From positions 27,156,001-27,220,000 of the forward strand of contig OX597839.1 of NCBI GenBank assembly GCA_951406725.2: DNA of 64,000 nt, in the 5' to 3' direction. The notes beneath the pieces were generated by a model. That model did not search any database. It was not told where the DNA came from and worked only from the letters and a program-made list of their open reading frames with translations. This stretch comes from Octopus vulgaris (taxonomy: Eukaryota). This document shows positions 41,120 to 55,956 of this stretch, in pieces. The first letter of the stretch is position 1, and the number at the start of each line of letters is the position of its first letter. The translations under genes were made by a program, and so were the position numbers.

Positions 41120-41909
41120 CCACACATATATATATATATACGCGCAAAACTCCCCCCCCCCCCGTCCAATGGACGGTTCTGAGTTGTCAAACATTTAAAC
41201 CAAATTTTCTCAAAACAACTTGTCTGACCGTCCCATAGGCCTCCCCTTTGAGAAGCACTGATTTAACCTAAATTTGAGACACCAGCAAAAGAAGAAATAA
41301 AGATAAGACTTTTTTTTCTATTCCAAAGAAAAGCGATTTTATTTATACAATTATGCAACCGAAGAGTTTAAAGTACCAGTAATGATTAGGCTGTTGACTG
41401 GGAGAACACAAACATGGTTTAAATAGTAAGCTTGGCAGGAAAGAAATGTGCCTTTAAGCAGTACAAAAACAACAAAAAATGGAAGGTGCAGTTATGCACA
41501 GGTTGACGGAAGAAAAGCAGGACAAAAACGGCTTTATCGATCGCATTCTCACCTGGAATCGATTTTTGTAATTTTTTCAAGACTTATACACGCCCTGGTA
41601 CCGTCAGTATCTACATATCAAATCTACATATCATATCTATCTATCTATGATCTTTTATTTGTTTCAGTCATTTGACTGCGGCCATGCTGGAGCACCGCCT
41701 TTAGTCGAACAAGTCGAACAAGTACTTATTCTATCGGTCTCTTTTGCCGAATCGCTAAGTTATGGGCGCGTAAACACACCAACATCAGTTGTCAAGTGAT
41801 GGTGGTGGTGGTGGTGGGATAAACAAAGACAAACATAGACCCATGCAGTGGGACTGAACCCGGGACCATGTGGTAATCAAGCTACTTGCCACACACAGCC
41901 ACTCCTGCA

Positions 41910-41959
<50 letters not shown>

Positions 41960-43228
41960 CGGATGGAGGGTGCCCGAGATCCTAGAAGACACACACACAG
42001 ACAGACAGAACGGATTTTATATAATATATATATATCTAAATCAATGTGGTTGCAATAAGTTGTTTATTATCGATGCTGGCGGTCGTCATCTTTGTATTGT
42101 TCCCATTTGCGCTGTCTCCATTTATTCGCGTATCTTCCCGCTCGATAATGGCTGCTCTGCGTTAATTATATTTTACAACTTATGATATACAGTCGCCCCT
42201 GAAATATTAATGCAGTTTAACAAAACTGCGAACAATGGGCGAAAGCCGGGAAGACTTTCCTCTCGGCCATTAAACATTAACAAGTCGCTGCGGTGTGGAG
42301 ACGTCTTCGCCGCTGCCGCCACCTCCACCACCGCCGCCGCCACCAGCGTTCTCGTCATCGTCGCCATGATCATCATCAGCGTAATCATTGGTTATCATCT
42401 CTGCAATCTCCATTAATACCATCATCTTCTCCATTGTTCATCATCGTCCTCATCACCATCACCATCATCATCATCATCGTCGTCATCATCATCAACATCA
42501 TCATCATCACCATCACCATCATCGTCATCATCATCATCATCATTATCGTCATCAACATCATCAACATCATCATCATCATCATCATCGTCATCATCACCAT
42601 CATCATCATCACCCATCATCATTATCACCATCACCATCATCGTCATCATCATCATCGTCGTCATCATCATCATCATCATCACCACCACCATCATCATCAT
42701 CGTCATCATCACCATCACCATCATCATCATCATCATCATCATCATCACCATCATCGTCATCATCATCATCATCATCGTCATCATCACCATCACCATCATT
42801 GTCATCATCATCATCGTCGCCATCATTATCATCATCATCATCATCATCATCGTCATCATCACCAACACCATCATTGTCATCAACATCATCATCGTCGTCG
42901 TCGTAATGATTATTGCGGGGTGTTGGAGATGCTGGTAGTTTGTGATGGTGCAGGATACGTTGAAATAGATGATGATGAGGAGGAGGAGGAGGGGGAGGGG
43001 AGGAAGATGAGGAGGAGGAGGGGAGGAAGATGAGGAGGAGCAGGAGGAGGAAAACAACGATGGTGATGATGATCTTGATGATGATGATGGTGCTGGTGGT
43101 AGTGGCGGCGGCGGATTCGCTGACTGTAGTGATGGCGAAGGTGGTGTAGTTGTGGGATGTATCGATGGATTGTGAAAGTGATGGACTCGATGGTGGTGGT
43201 CGTTATTCTTTAAACTTATACACACTCA

Positions 43229-44585
<1,357 letters not shown>

Positions 44586-45308
44586 TAAAAATAAACGATA
44601 AAAGATGAACGATAAGACCACGTATTCGGCAAGAACGAAACTGTAGAGTCAAATTTAATCAACCCCACCCCTCCTTCTCTCCTCTTTCCTCTTATGTAAC
44701 TGGACCTCTCCCCCTCCTCCCCCCGCCTTTCCCCCCGGAAGGATAAACCGACCTCGTCGAGATTTGAACTCAAAGCACGGAACAGCGTGACTCAAAACTG
44801 GTTCCGCGCCCACCCCCCACCTCTTCCCACTCTGCCGCACACCTTTGTGTCTCTGGTCGGGGCGGGCGGAGGGGGGTGGGGTTGTAGGTCGGGGAGAGAG
44901 AGAGAGAGAGAGAGAGCAGGGGGCAGGGAAGAGGGAAATATTTTAGACGAATGAGTTTAAGAAAAAAAAAATTATTCATGTCGACTCTAATTAAAATTAT
45001 CGTTAATGAAGGTAGTGGTGGTGGTGGTGGTGGTGGTGGTGGTGGTGGTGGTAGTGGTGGTGGTGGTAGCAGTGGTGGTTGTTGTTATAGTGGTAGTAGT
45101 AGTAGTGGTAGTGGTGGTGGTGGTAGTGGTGGTGGTGGTGGTGGTAGGGAAGAACACACCAATCACTGCTATGTATGTAATTCCATTAAACGATCCATTT
45201 TCAGGCTTTTAATTTTTTTCCCCCTTTTACTTTTAATGTTTCGCAACCCAGATGCTGCCTTGAAGTACTGTAATAGATAGGGACCCTGAATTGTGATGAT
45301 GATGATAA

Positions 45309-45705
45309 TCTTTATATATAAAAGTCAAGTTGTGTGTCTGTCTCCTTCGATTTAGATTCCTAACTACTCCCACATTTTGCGGTGCAGTTTAACCAAAACC
45401 GGGTATCTTATAGTCGTGATTCATATCGAGCCCTTCTGGCTATTAGCGCGCGTCTACGATGAGTCTACGATTTAAAAAAAAATTACCATCATTTTTTCCC
45501 ATTTTAATGCATTTTTTCGATATTATATAAGGGAAGTAACTCTCTAAAAATGTCTACGATGAATCAACGATTTAAAAAAAATTTACCATCATTTTTTTTT
45601 CCATTTTTAATGCATTTTTTTGCTATTTTTTGGCTATAACTCTCTAAAAATGCTTATATAGTTATTTCCCTTACAAACCCGAGCAACGCCGGGCGATACT
45701 GCTAG
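45309..45705 (+). mobile_element. Non-autonomous Helitron
   Basis: a|TC start, 3' hairpin cccgagcaacgccggg, CTAG|t end, no TSD. Confidence 0.88.
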
Positions 45706-45765
45706 TCGTTAATAAAGGTGGAATTTTATAATGCAGTGGTGGTGGTGGTGGTTGTGGTTGTGGTG

Positions 45766-46104
45766 GACAACGTTTCTCTTAAAGAAACGGGGAAACTTTC
45801 AAAATACAAAGACCTGGAAATAGAGGTAATTCAAATGTGGAGTCTGAAAACAAACAATTCCTATCATAGTAGGCACATTAGGTATGATAAAAAGAACATT
45901 CAGACAAACACATAACAAAAACACCAGGACTAACGAATATAAATAACACAGAAAATTGCACTACTGGGCACCGCTCACATCCTACGCAGAACACTTTCAA
46001 TACAGTGAAAGTAAGAGCACCACAACAAACCACAGCACATGCCCAAGGCACACAAAGCTGCGCTCGGTAGTGCAGTGAAAAAGCACATGATAACAATAAG
46101 ACTA

Positions 46105-46107
<3 letters not shown>
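45766..46107 (+). mobile_element. Dong/R4-like non-LTR element 3' end (restriction-like endonuclease tail), followed by (AAT)n
   Basis: KLSKYKDLEIEVIQMWSLK, TIPIIVGTLG and QKIALLGTAHILRRTL across frameshifts; ends in an AAT microsatellite as expected for Dong-type targeting. Confidence 0.8.
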
Positions 46108-46137
<30 letters not shown>

Positions 46138-46138
<1 letters not shown>

Positions 46139-46661
46139 GCTTCTGATCTTAACTGATTGGAAGTGTTATCATGTACATTGTTTTGTCTTGGTATAAAAGA
46201 TGGGCTACAGCAAATATTTTGCTCAATACCACAGATTTGCTTGTCAGTTGTTTGACCTTAAACCAGTTGAGCATGTCCCTTAGTGGTTGACGATATGTGC
46301 ATCTCTGATCACGAGCAGAAGTAGTGGGGGAGCATCATAGCCATGTGTTGAGAGGGATTCTTTGGGGGTTTGAATAATTCACCTCTGGAAACATGGGTGT
46401 TTCGTTCAACATCCTTAAACAACCCTTATTCAGGGACCTTTTGAGCGGGATGGGCTACTCGACCTGAAGAAAATTCTAACTGGGCCCCACCTGCAAGGTC
46501 ATGCGCTGTTTATCTTGATATGAGATCACCATGTCGCGCACATATGGTTGTGATGCATGTGCCTGGTGTACCCTTATCAGACGGGTAGTCATGATGGATA
46601 TACTGGACTTCGTATATTTTACCCCAGTGTCACTTTGATGGTATGAACTGCTCTCTCACTC
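46138..46661 (+). mobile_element. (AAT)n-embedded 5'-truncated retroelement 3' end
   Basis: Flanked by (AAT)n on both sides; shares the 3' end ctctctcactc with the copy at 51359-51699. Confidence 0.7.
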
Positions 46662-46689
46662 AATAATAATAATAATGATAATAATGATG

Positions 46690-46741
<52 letters not shown>

Positions 46742-46934
46742 TAATAATAATAATGATATTAATGATAATAATGATAATAATAGTACCCCCGCATCACTTT
46801 GATTGCATGCGCTGCTCTCTTACTCAATAATAATAATGAAGACGATCGTTCCTGTCGGTTTCGATGTACGAGTGTTTGAAGAAGAAGACTCAAAGTTTAA
46901 GAGAGTCGCAGAAAGAAAGACAGAAAGAAACTAA

Positions 46935-48400
46935 GAAGCTGCACCTGTTTGTGATGGATGCGTGAATGTGATTTGAGTCCAGGGATGGATTTTGCTATGG
47001 AGACACACCGGGGACATCGATGCTTTTGGTTTTGCCTGGGATTGGGCAGCTGTTTCTTCTCATGTTTTCGATGCAGCATCGTGACATATTTTACGCCATG
47101 CGGTTAGATCTAGGCAATGACTTTCTCAAGATGTCAAGTTAAGCTGTAAAGATTCTAGTGATTGCTTCCACTTATCCTTATACTTAAAGACGGGTCTTCC
47201 TTTCCTGCCAAATCCCTCCACTTGTTGGCCATACAGAAGAAATTTTGGAATGTGGTCATTTTTCATTCGGACATGTCCTACCCCTCCGCACTGAATTTGG
47301 ATATTGGAGATATCACATTTTCTTGCTTTGGATATTGGAGATATCACATTTCCAAGGCGGCGAGCTGGCAGAAACGTTAGCACACCGGACGAAATGCTTA
47401 GCGGTATTGTGTCTGTCGTTGCGTTCTGAGTTCAAATTCTGCCGAGTTCGACTTTGCCTTTCATCCTTTCGGGGTCGATAAATTAAGTACCAGTTACGCA
47501 CTGGGGTCGATGTAATCGACTTAATACCTATGTCTGTCTTTGTTTGTCCCCTCTATGTTTAGCCCCTTGTGGGCAATAAAGAAACAGATATCACATTTTT
47601 CTAAGATTTTGGCATTGAATATCTCATCTTGCCATTTTATGTTGCATATGTTACGCAAACAGCGGACGTGAAAGGTTTCAAGTTTCTTTTTATGTTTATA
47701 GTAGGAAGTCCTTGCTTTCGCCCCGCACAAAAGTCTGCTCAAAGCACAAGCCTTGGGCCGACCAAAGCCTTGTGAGTGGATTTGGTAGGCAGAAACTCAA
47801 AGAAACCCGTCGTATGTGTTTGTGTGTCTTTGCGTCGGTGTTGGTGTGTTTATGTCCCCATAACTAATCGTTTCGGCAAAATAGACAGAGTAAGTACCAG
47901 GCTTAAAACATAAATACCGGGACTGATCCATTCAACTAAAAATTCAAGGCGGTGCCCCAGCATGGCCACAGTCTAATGACTGAAACAAATAAAAAGAATA
48001 TAGAATAAAAAATAAATTCTTTTCTACTCTAGGCACAAGGTCCGAAATTTTTTCGGAGGAGGCCAGTCGATTAGATCGACCCCAGTACGCAACTGGTACT
48101 TAATTTATCTTCTTTTAGTTTTCCCACTGACATCGTGTTCATCCTACAAACGATGGGAAAATCTCCCAAAAGCGCCCGGAGCCTTGGATATTCTAACACT
48201 GATTTCGCCATCAAAAGCACTCCCAAAGTTTTCTGTACTTCCAAGATATTTAAATTCGCTGACCCATTCCAGTGGCTTGCCTGTCTACCATCACGTTTGA
48301 GTCTTGAGTATGTTCTGCCCCAAGCCTTGCTTGGAATAAAACTTCGGTCTTCCTGATGCTGGTGGTCAGTCCAAAGGCACAAGCTGCCGAAGCGAGCCTG
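46935..48400 (-). mobile_element. Degenerate RTE (BovB-like) LINE interrupted by SINE insertions
   Basis: Fragments LETFHVRCLRNICNIKWQD, GHVRMKNDHIPKFLLYGQ..GRPVFKYKD and C2H2-like CPRC..GLKSHSRIH. Confidence 0.8.
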
Positions 48401-49177
48401 TCGACCCTTTGCTGAATTCCCTAAAAATGGGTGAGAAATCAAAGCACAACCATCAGCAGAGAGTCACACAGGGTCTCTTCCTTAGTTTTTTTAATCTTTG
48501 ATCTGAAACTTTGCAGACGAAATACGGCTACGCATTTCGCTCGGCGTGCTCACGTTTCGGCCAGCTCGCCGCAAAGCAGGAATACTAAAACCGGTGTACT
48601 GCTGCGCAAGGTGACTGTTTCGAAGAAGATAATGTTAAAACTTAGGTAAATAAGTTATTTATTTTTTATTAACCATAACTAGTCCGGGAATCTTTTGATA
48701 CCGCGTCGTAACTATAATTCCTTCTCGTAAAAGAAGAAACTCAGCAAAGAAGAAAGTAAAAAAAAAAAAAACCCAACAAAGAAGCCATAAAAATGTAAAC
48801 TAAAATAACTGCAAAGAGAGATGCTGGAACGAATTGTAAATAAATAAGTAAATAGGTTAAAAAATACGTGAATGTGTTAGTAAATAGATAAATATATGGT
48901 AGGTAGGTAAAGAAATAGATGAAAGGCGGGGATGAATAAAAGAGAAAAGAAAATAGATGAGTGAACGAAAAATAAAATAAAAATAGTTAAATAAATATGT
49001 AGATAATAAAATAGATATAAAAAATATAAAATAGATAAATGAGTGCTTAAATAAATAAATAAAAAATAGATAAATGATGGACATATAAATAAATAAGATG
49101 AATAAATCAATGGCAGAAATAAATAAAAGAATTTTCTCTGGCATCATTAAGCAGGAAAAATGGATGGCGGAATAATT

Positions 49178-49893
49178 ACGCGGTTTATGGCGGTGGAGAG
49201 AAGGGACCATCGTAGGAAGTACCTTCATTCTAATCAGCACGTGTGTGTGGTTGTGGTTGTGTGTGTGTGTGTGTTTATGTTTTCGTCACTGTCCGCTCAC
49301 CTATCCCGGCAACTTTTTGCTCTTGACGCCACCAAAACAAACAACCTTATCGTTAATGGCGCGAAATTGTTATGACTTTTGGCTGGTGACTGATGAGGGG
49401 TAAACACGTCCACGTCTCTACGCGGTTTAAGGGGTGGAGAGAAGGACCATCGTAGGAAGTACCTTCATTCTAATCAGCACGCGTGTGGTTGTGTGTGTGT
49501 GTGTGTGTGTTTATGTTTTCGTCACTGTCCGCTCACCTATCCCGGCAACTTTTTGCTCTTGACGCCACCAAAACAAACAACCTTATCGTTAATGGCGCGA
49601 AATTGTTATGACTTTTGGCTGGTGACTGATGAGGGGTAAACACGTCCACGTCTCTACGCGGTTTAAGGGGGTGGGGAGAAGGACCATCGTAGGAAGTACC
49701 TTCATTCTAACCAGCACGTGTGTGGTTGTGTGTGTGTGTGTGTGTGTGTTTATGCTTTCGTCACTGTCCGCTCACCTATCCCGGCAACTTTTTGCTCTTG
49801 ACGCTACCAAAACAAACAACCTTATCGTTAATGGCGCGAAATTGTTATGACTTTTGGCTGGTGACTGATGAGGGGTTAACACGTCCACGTCTC
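49178..49893 (+). repeat. ~240-bp tandem triplication
   Basis: accatcgtaggaag at 49206, 49446, 49683. Confidence 0.92.
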
Positions 49894-51171
49894 GTCTGAT
49901 TTCTTCATGTGTTCCTTTGCCGTCCTTCTGCGTAGTTTTTTTTTACTCTTATTTACGTATATATGGCTGTGTGATAAGAAGCTGGCTTCCCAACCACATG
50001 GTTCCTGGTTCAGTCTTACTGCGTGTCACTTTGAAAAAGTGTCTTCTACTATAGCCTTGGGCCGACCAAGGCCTTGTGAGTGGATTTGGTAGGCGGAAAC
50101 TCAAAGAAACCCGTCGTACGTGTTTGTGTGTCTTTGCGTCGGTGTTGGTGTGTTTATGTCCCCATAACTAATCGTTTCGGCAAAATACACAGTAAGTACC
50201 AGGCTTAAAAAATAAGTACCGGGACTGATCCATTCAACTAAAGATTCAAGGCGGTGCCCCAGCATGGCCACAGTCTAATGACTGAAACAAATAAAAAGAA
50301 TATAGAATAAAAAAATAAATTCTTTTCTACTCTAGGCACAAGGTCCGAAATTTTTTCGGAGGAGGCCAGTCGATTAGATCGACCCCAGTACGCAACTGGT
50401 ACTTAATTTATCGATCCCGAAAGGATGACAAGCAAAGTCGACTTCGGGGGAATTTGAACTCAGAACGTGAAGCCAGACGAAATACCGCTAAACATTTCGC
50501 CCGGCTTCCACACAGTTTCTTATTTCCTTACTGCCCACAAGGGGCTACACACAGAGGGGACAAACAAGGACAGACAAAGAGAATAAGTCGATACATCGAC
50601 CCCAGTGTGTAACTGGTACTTAATTTATCAACCCCGAAAGGTTGAAAGGCAAAGTCGACCTCGGCGGAATTTGAACTCAGAACGTAAAGACAGACAGAAT
50701 AGCGCTAAGCATTTCGCCCGGCGCGCTAACGGCTCTGCCAGCTCGACGCCTTAGAATGAAAAGTAATTAGGCCTATGATATACCTGTGCTTTTTTGCAGG
50801 TAAGAATTGCTTTGAAAAATATATATATTTCAGTTTCCGTCTACCAAATCCACTCACAAGGCTTTTGGTTGGTCTGGGACTTTTGGTGGACGTGCCCAGC
50901 ATGCCATGCAGTGGGACCGAACCCGGAACCATGTGGTTGAGATGCAAGCTTCTTACCACACAGCCACACCAGCGGCTACACACACACACACCTCTTCTTT
51001 TGCACTTGAATTATATAATTAGAACAAACGGGCGGATTAACTCATTCCCATCCAGGTTTTGCTCCCACGGGTCTAATAGATTCATAACCATTATCTTTAA
51101 TTAGGCTCTCAGGTAATTAAATTAACTAACTAATCCTAAAAGAATCTCTCCCAACGGAATATTTTATATGC

Positions 51172-51210
<39 letters not shown>

Positions 51211-51324
51211 ACAGACAGACAGAATTCTGTTCAATTTCTCCCTTTCTTTGAGGGTCTGTAAAGTTAATAGGCACAGCTTCTATTTCCAGATCAAACTAAT
51301 TGATAAATAGTAGTAGTAGTAGTA

Positions 51325-51358
<34 letters not shown>

Positions 51359-51359
<1 letters not shown>

Positions 51360-51699
51360 GTAGTGGGGGAGCATCATAGCCATGTGTTGAGAGGGATTCT
51401 TTGGGATTTGGATAATTCACCTCTGGAAACATGGATGTTTCGTTCAACATCCTTAAACAACCCTTATTCAGGGACCGTTTGAGCGGGATGGGCTACTCAA
51501 CCTGAAGAAAATTCTAACTGGGCCCCACCTGCAAGGTCATGTGCTGTTTATCTTGATATGAGATCACCATATCGCGCACATATGGTTGTGATGCATGTGC
51601 CTAGTGTACCCTTATCAGACGGGTAGTCATGATGGGTATAGTGGGCTTCGTATATTTTACCCCAGTGTCACTTTGATGGCATGAACTGCTCTCTCACTC
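51359..51699 (+). mobile_element. Second, shorter copy of the (AAT)n-embedded element
   Basis: Near-identical to ~46319-46661, again flanked by (AAT)n. Confidence 0.75.
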
Positions 51700-51805
<106 letters not shown>

Positions 51806-52213
51806 TGATCATAATACAGATAGTAATAATAGTGAAAATAATAACGATATGATAATCCTTTCTGCTATAGGCGCAAGGCCTGGAATTTGTTGGGAGATGA
51901 GTAAGTCGATTTCATCGACCCCAGTGCTTGACTGGTACTTAATTTATCGACCCCGAAAGGATGAAAGGCAAAGTCGACCTCGGCGGAATTTGAACTCAAA
52001 ACGTAGCGGCAGACGAAATTCCGTTAAGCGTTTCGCCCGGCGCGCTAACGATTCTGCCGGCTCCCCGCCTTCTAATAACGATATAATACTAAAACTGATG
52101 TGTGTGTGTGTGTTTGTGTGTATATATGTATATATGAACCATATTATACGTGTATGTATATGTATGCATATATGTGTGTGTATATGTATGTTTATATATA
52201 TATATATATATAT

Positions 52214-52266
<53 letters not shown>

Positions 52267-52803
52267 GCGGTTGCAATCTTCAAAGCTTGGTTTTATAGTG
52301 TGAGCCATTAAGATTTCCTTTTAAAACCTTAATTAAATTCACTATTCTCAGCCGAACCAATTCCGCAGACAATATTTAATATATTTTCAGAAGTAACTAA
52401 CGCAAGACACAATGATTAGTCAAAAACACAAGAACCAAATAAATCTCACAAACTACAAGAATCTTGTTTAAATTTCTTTCAACCATTTAAAGTTTTTCAA
52501 ATTTTCCCCAGATTACAATTTTTAGTAAAAAGTGTAATTTTGATGTAGGTTTGCATGCTGATGACAAAAATAGCATTTTTTTCTAGAAATTGATTAGTGT
52601 TTCAGCTATAGGCACAGGGCCTGTATCTCTAGGGGAGATATTTGTATGGACCCGAGTATTCGGTTGGTACTTATCTTATCAACCTCGGTTGAACGAAAGG
52701 CAAAAATCGATGTCAGGAATCGAACTCACGGCTTTACGATCCTGAGCCGAATACTCTAACCATTAAGTTACGCGCCTCCGTTCTGATTCACATAGCGGTG
52801 TAA

Positions 52804-52896
<93 letters not shown>

Positions 52897-53058
52897 CTAT
52901 TTAATGTTGCGAAGTCTGCCCTCACACACGCTGAATACGTGTTCGTTATTTTACTTGCAGGTACCTTAGCTTTACGATCAAGAAAATCTCTCTCCAAAAT
53001 TCAAGAAATGTGAATTTAGGACCAAATTACGATACATTGGCGCTATAAATATGAATGA

Positions 53059-53444
53059 GTGGAGGCGCAATGGCCCAGTGGTTAGGGCAGCGGACTCGCA
53101 GTCATAGGATCGCGGTTTCGATTCCCAGACCGGGCGTTGTGAGTGTTTATTGAGCGAAAACACCTAAAAGCTCCATGAGGCTCCGGCAGGGGATGGTGGT
53201 GATCCCTGCTGTACTCTTTCACCACAACTTTCTCTCACTCTTACTTCTTGTTTCTGTTGTACCTGTATTTCAAAGGGCCGGCCTTGTCACTCTCTGTGTC
53301 ACGCTGAATATCCCCGAGAACTACGTTAAGGGTACACGTGTCTGTGGAGTGCTCAGCCACTTACACATTAATTTCACGAGCAGGCTGTTCCGTTGATTCG
53401 GATCAACCGGAACCCTCATCGTCGTAACCGACGGAGTGCTTCCA
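53059..53444 (+). mobile_element. tRNA(Arg-like)-derived SINE family C, full copy (others ~9830-10185, ~18494-18860)
   Basis: Head ggaggcgcaatggcccagtggttagggcagcggactcg...ggtttcgattccc; tail ...cgtaaccgacggagtgcttcca. Confidence 0.88.
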
Positions 53445-54877
53445 TCCAACCAAATATGAATGAAAAACAATTCTTGATCGAGTAGATCTGCGATCTACCC
53501 TATTCTGTCTTATTTACAAAAACAGTTTATCCCCTAATACGTTATATAATGTGTCGTCTGTTTTTGCTTTTTAAACGTTATGGCGTTGTGTAAGGAAAAT
53601 TTGTCTGCTATTTCTAGAAGATCGAAAGACCATATAAAAACTTCGTCTTCGTTGTGTGTACTGATCTCCAATGTCATGGAGATTAGCAGATACAAATGTA
53701 GGATTAAATCAGATACATACACAGGCCTTGTACAGTCGCACATATACAGGATTATCGTAATCTCAAATACAGAACTAAGATAGCGATAAACGCTGGGTTT
53801 ATATAAGCGTCAACACGTGATTAAAATAGCCCTAAACCCAGGATTAATATAGTCTTAAATAGGATTAATATAACCATAATCACAAGTTTAATATAACCAC
53901 AGATAGATGATTAATGGGATTATAAATACAAGATTATGATAGTGATGAACACCGGATTAATATAACCGCAAATACAAGATTAAGATAGCCATATACACAT
54001 GTTTAATATAGAGATAAACAGGATTTATATAGCCACAAACACAGCCTTATCTAGTCACATATACAAACCTAATATACTAACAAACACAAGATTAGCGTAG
54101 CTCTTAACACAGGTTATATATATATATATTCGTCCGTTTTTCTATCCTTGTTTCGTATACAGTCGATCCTTTTTCCAAGAAGTCTAATGCTCGTAGCTTA
54201 GTTTTTCCTTGGGGCTGGCCAGATTGGAGCAATCTCAAGATTAATCAGCCGAAATTGCGAGGCTGATCCGGTTCTTGACTGAAGATTAGAGGCTTTAAAT
54301 GACCCGTCCGTGTTTTTTGTATCGTCTATTAGATTGTTTTGCGTTCTTGTCCCATTTTGTAATTATATATATATATTTCAAGATGCAATTTTTAATTGAA
54401 TGAGTTGAGTATGGAAACGATTGTGGGTAACAGAGAATTTTGACAATATGTTAATAAATTAAATCTTATTAGTTAAAACTCTCCATTTCTCATCATAATA
54501 TTGTACATACACATACACACATACATACATACATACATACATACATGCCTAAACAGACATGCATACATACATACATACATACATACATACATACATACGT
54601 ACGTACATACATACATACATACATACATACATACATACATACATGCCTAAACAGACATGCATACATACATACATACATACATACATACATACATACATAC
54701 TTACATACATACATCCGTACGTACATACATACATACATACATACGTACGTACATACATACATACATACATACATACATACATACATGCCTAAACAGACAT
54801 GCATACATACACACACACACACACACACACACATACATACATACATACATACATACATACATGCCTAAACAGACATG

Positions 54878-54908
<31 letters not shown>

Positions 54909-54946
54909 ACATACATACATACATACATGCCTAAACAGACATGCAT

Positions 54947-54977
<31 letters not shown>

Positions 54978-54997
54978 TACATACATACATACATACA

Positions 54998-55028
<31 letters not shown>

Positions 55029-55315
55029 GAAAAAACAGAGGGAGAAATCCAGAAGTCCAGAAAAGCAGGATTATATAGCTACAAACACAAGTTTAGTATA
55101 GCCACAAATAGGATTAAGATAACAACAGACACAAGATTATGATAGCCACACTCGCGGGATTTAGTTACCAACAGATAGCAGCTGATCTCATATATACAAA
55201 GACCTAATATGGCGCCATGGACATAGGACAGACGTAACGGAAAGTACAAGAGTAATTTAATTCCAAACATTGGATTGATAAAGCTATGGATAAAGGATTA
55301 ACTGGAGTGATATGA

Positions 55316-55699
55316 TGGAAGCACTCCGTCGGTTACAACGACGAGGGTTCCGGTTGATCCGATCAACGGAACAGCCTGCTCGTGAAATTAACGTGTAAGT
55401 GGCTGAGCACTCCACAGACACGTGTACCCTTAACGTAGTTCTCGGGGATATTCAGCGTGACACAGAGAGTGACAAGGCCGGCCCTTTTGAAATACAGGTA
55501 CAACTGAAACGGGAAGTAAGAGTGAGAGAAAGTTGTGGTGAAAGAGTACAGCAGGGATCACCACCATCCCCTGCCGGAGCCTCGTGGAGCTTTAGGTGTT
55601 TTCGCTCAATAAACACTCACAACGCCCGGTCTGGGAATCGAAACCGCGATCCTACGACCGCGAGTCCGCTGCCCTAACCACTGGGCCATTGCGCCTCCA
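55316..55699 (-). mobile_element. SINE family C full copy
   Basis: Near-identical reverse complement of 53059-53444. Confidence 0.88.
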
Positions 55700-55956
55700 C
55701 GGAGTGATATAGCCTCAAACGCAAACGCAGGATTAACATAGCTACGAATACATGCTAATTTATACATCTGATATTGCCAAATAAACGAAAGTAAAATAAC
55801 CACAAATATTTAAGTAATTAACTATAACCCAAAAGAAAAGACCTACGAAGCTACAAATATGAAATATAGTCACACGTGGAAAACTAATATAGTCACAAAT
55901 GTAGAACAAACGTAGTTATAAACTAGATTAATAGATCCACTATCACTGGATTGATA

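Noticed and set aside
49360-49420. Hammerhead in the 240-bp tandem unit (gcgaaa...ctgatgag)
   Set aside because: No compatible stems II/III or UH site.
52940-52970. Acceptor for exon 2 of the UNC-93-like gene
   Set aside because: Phase-0 reading gives V-P-stop with no family similarity.
53059-53135. tRNA-Arg gene (and other tRNA-like heads)
   Set aside because: A/B boxes are present but these are SINE heads with no complete acceptor stem and constant downstream bodies.
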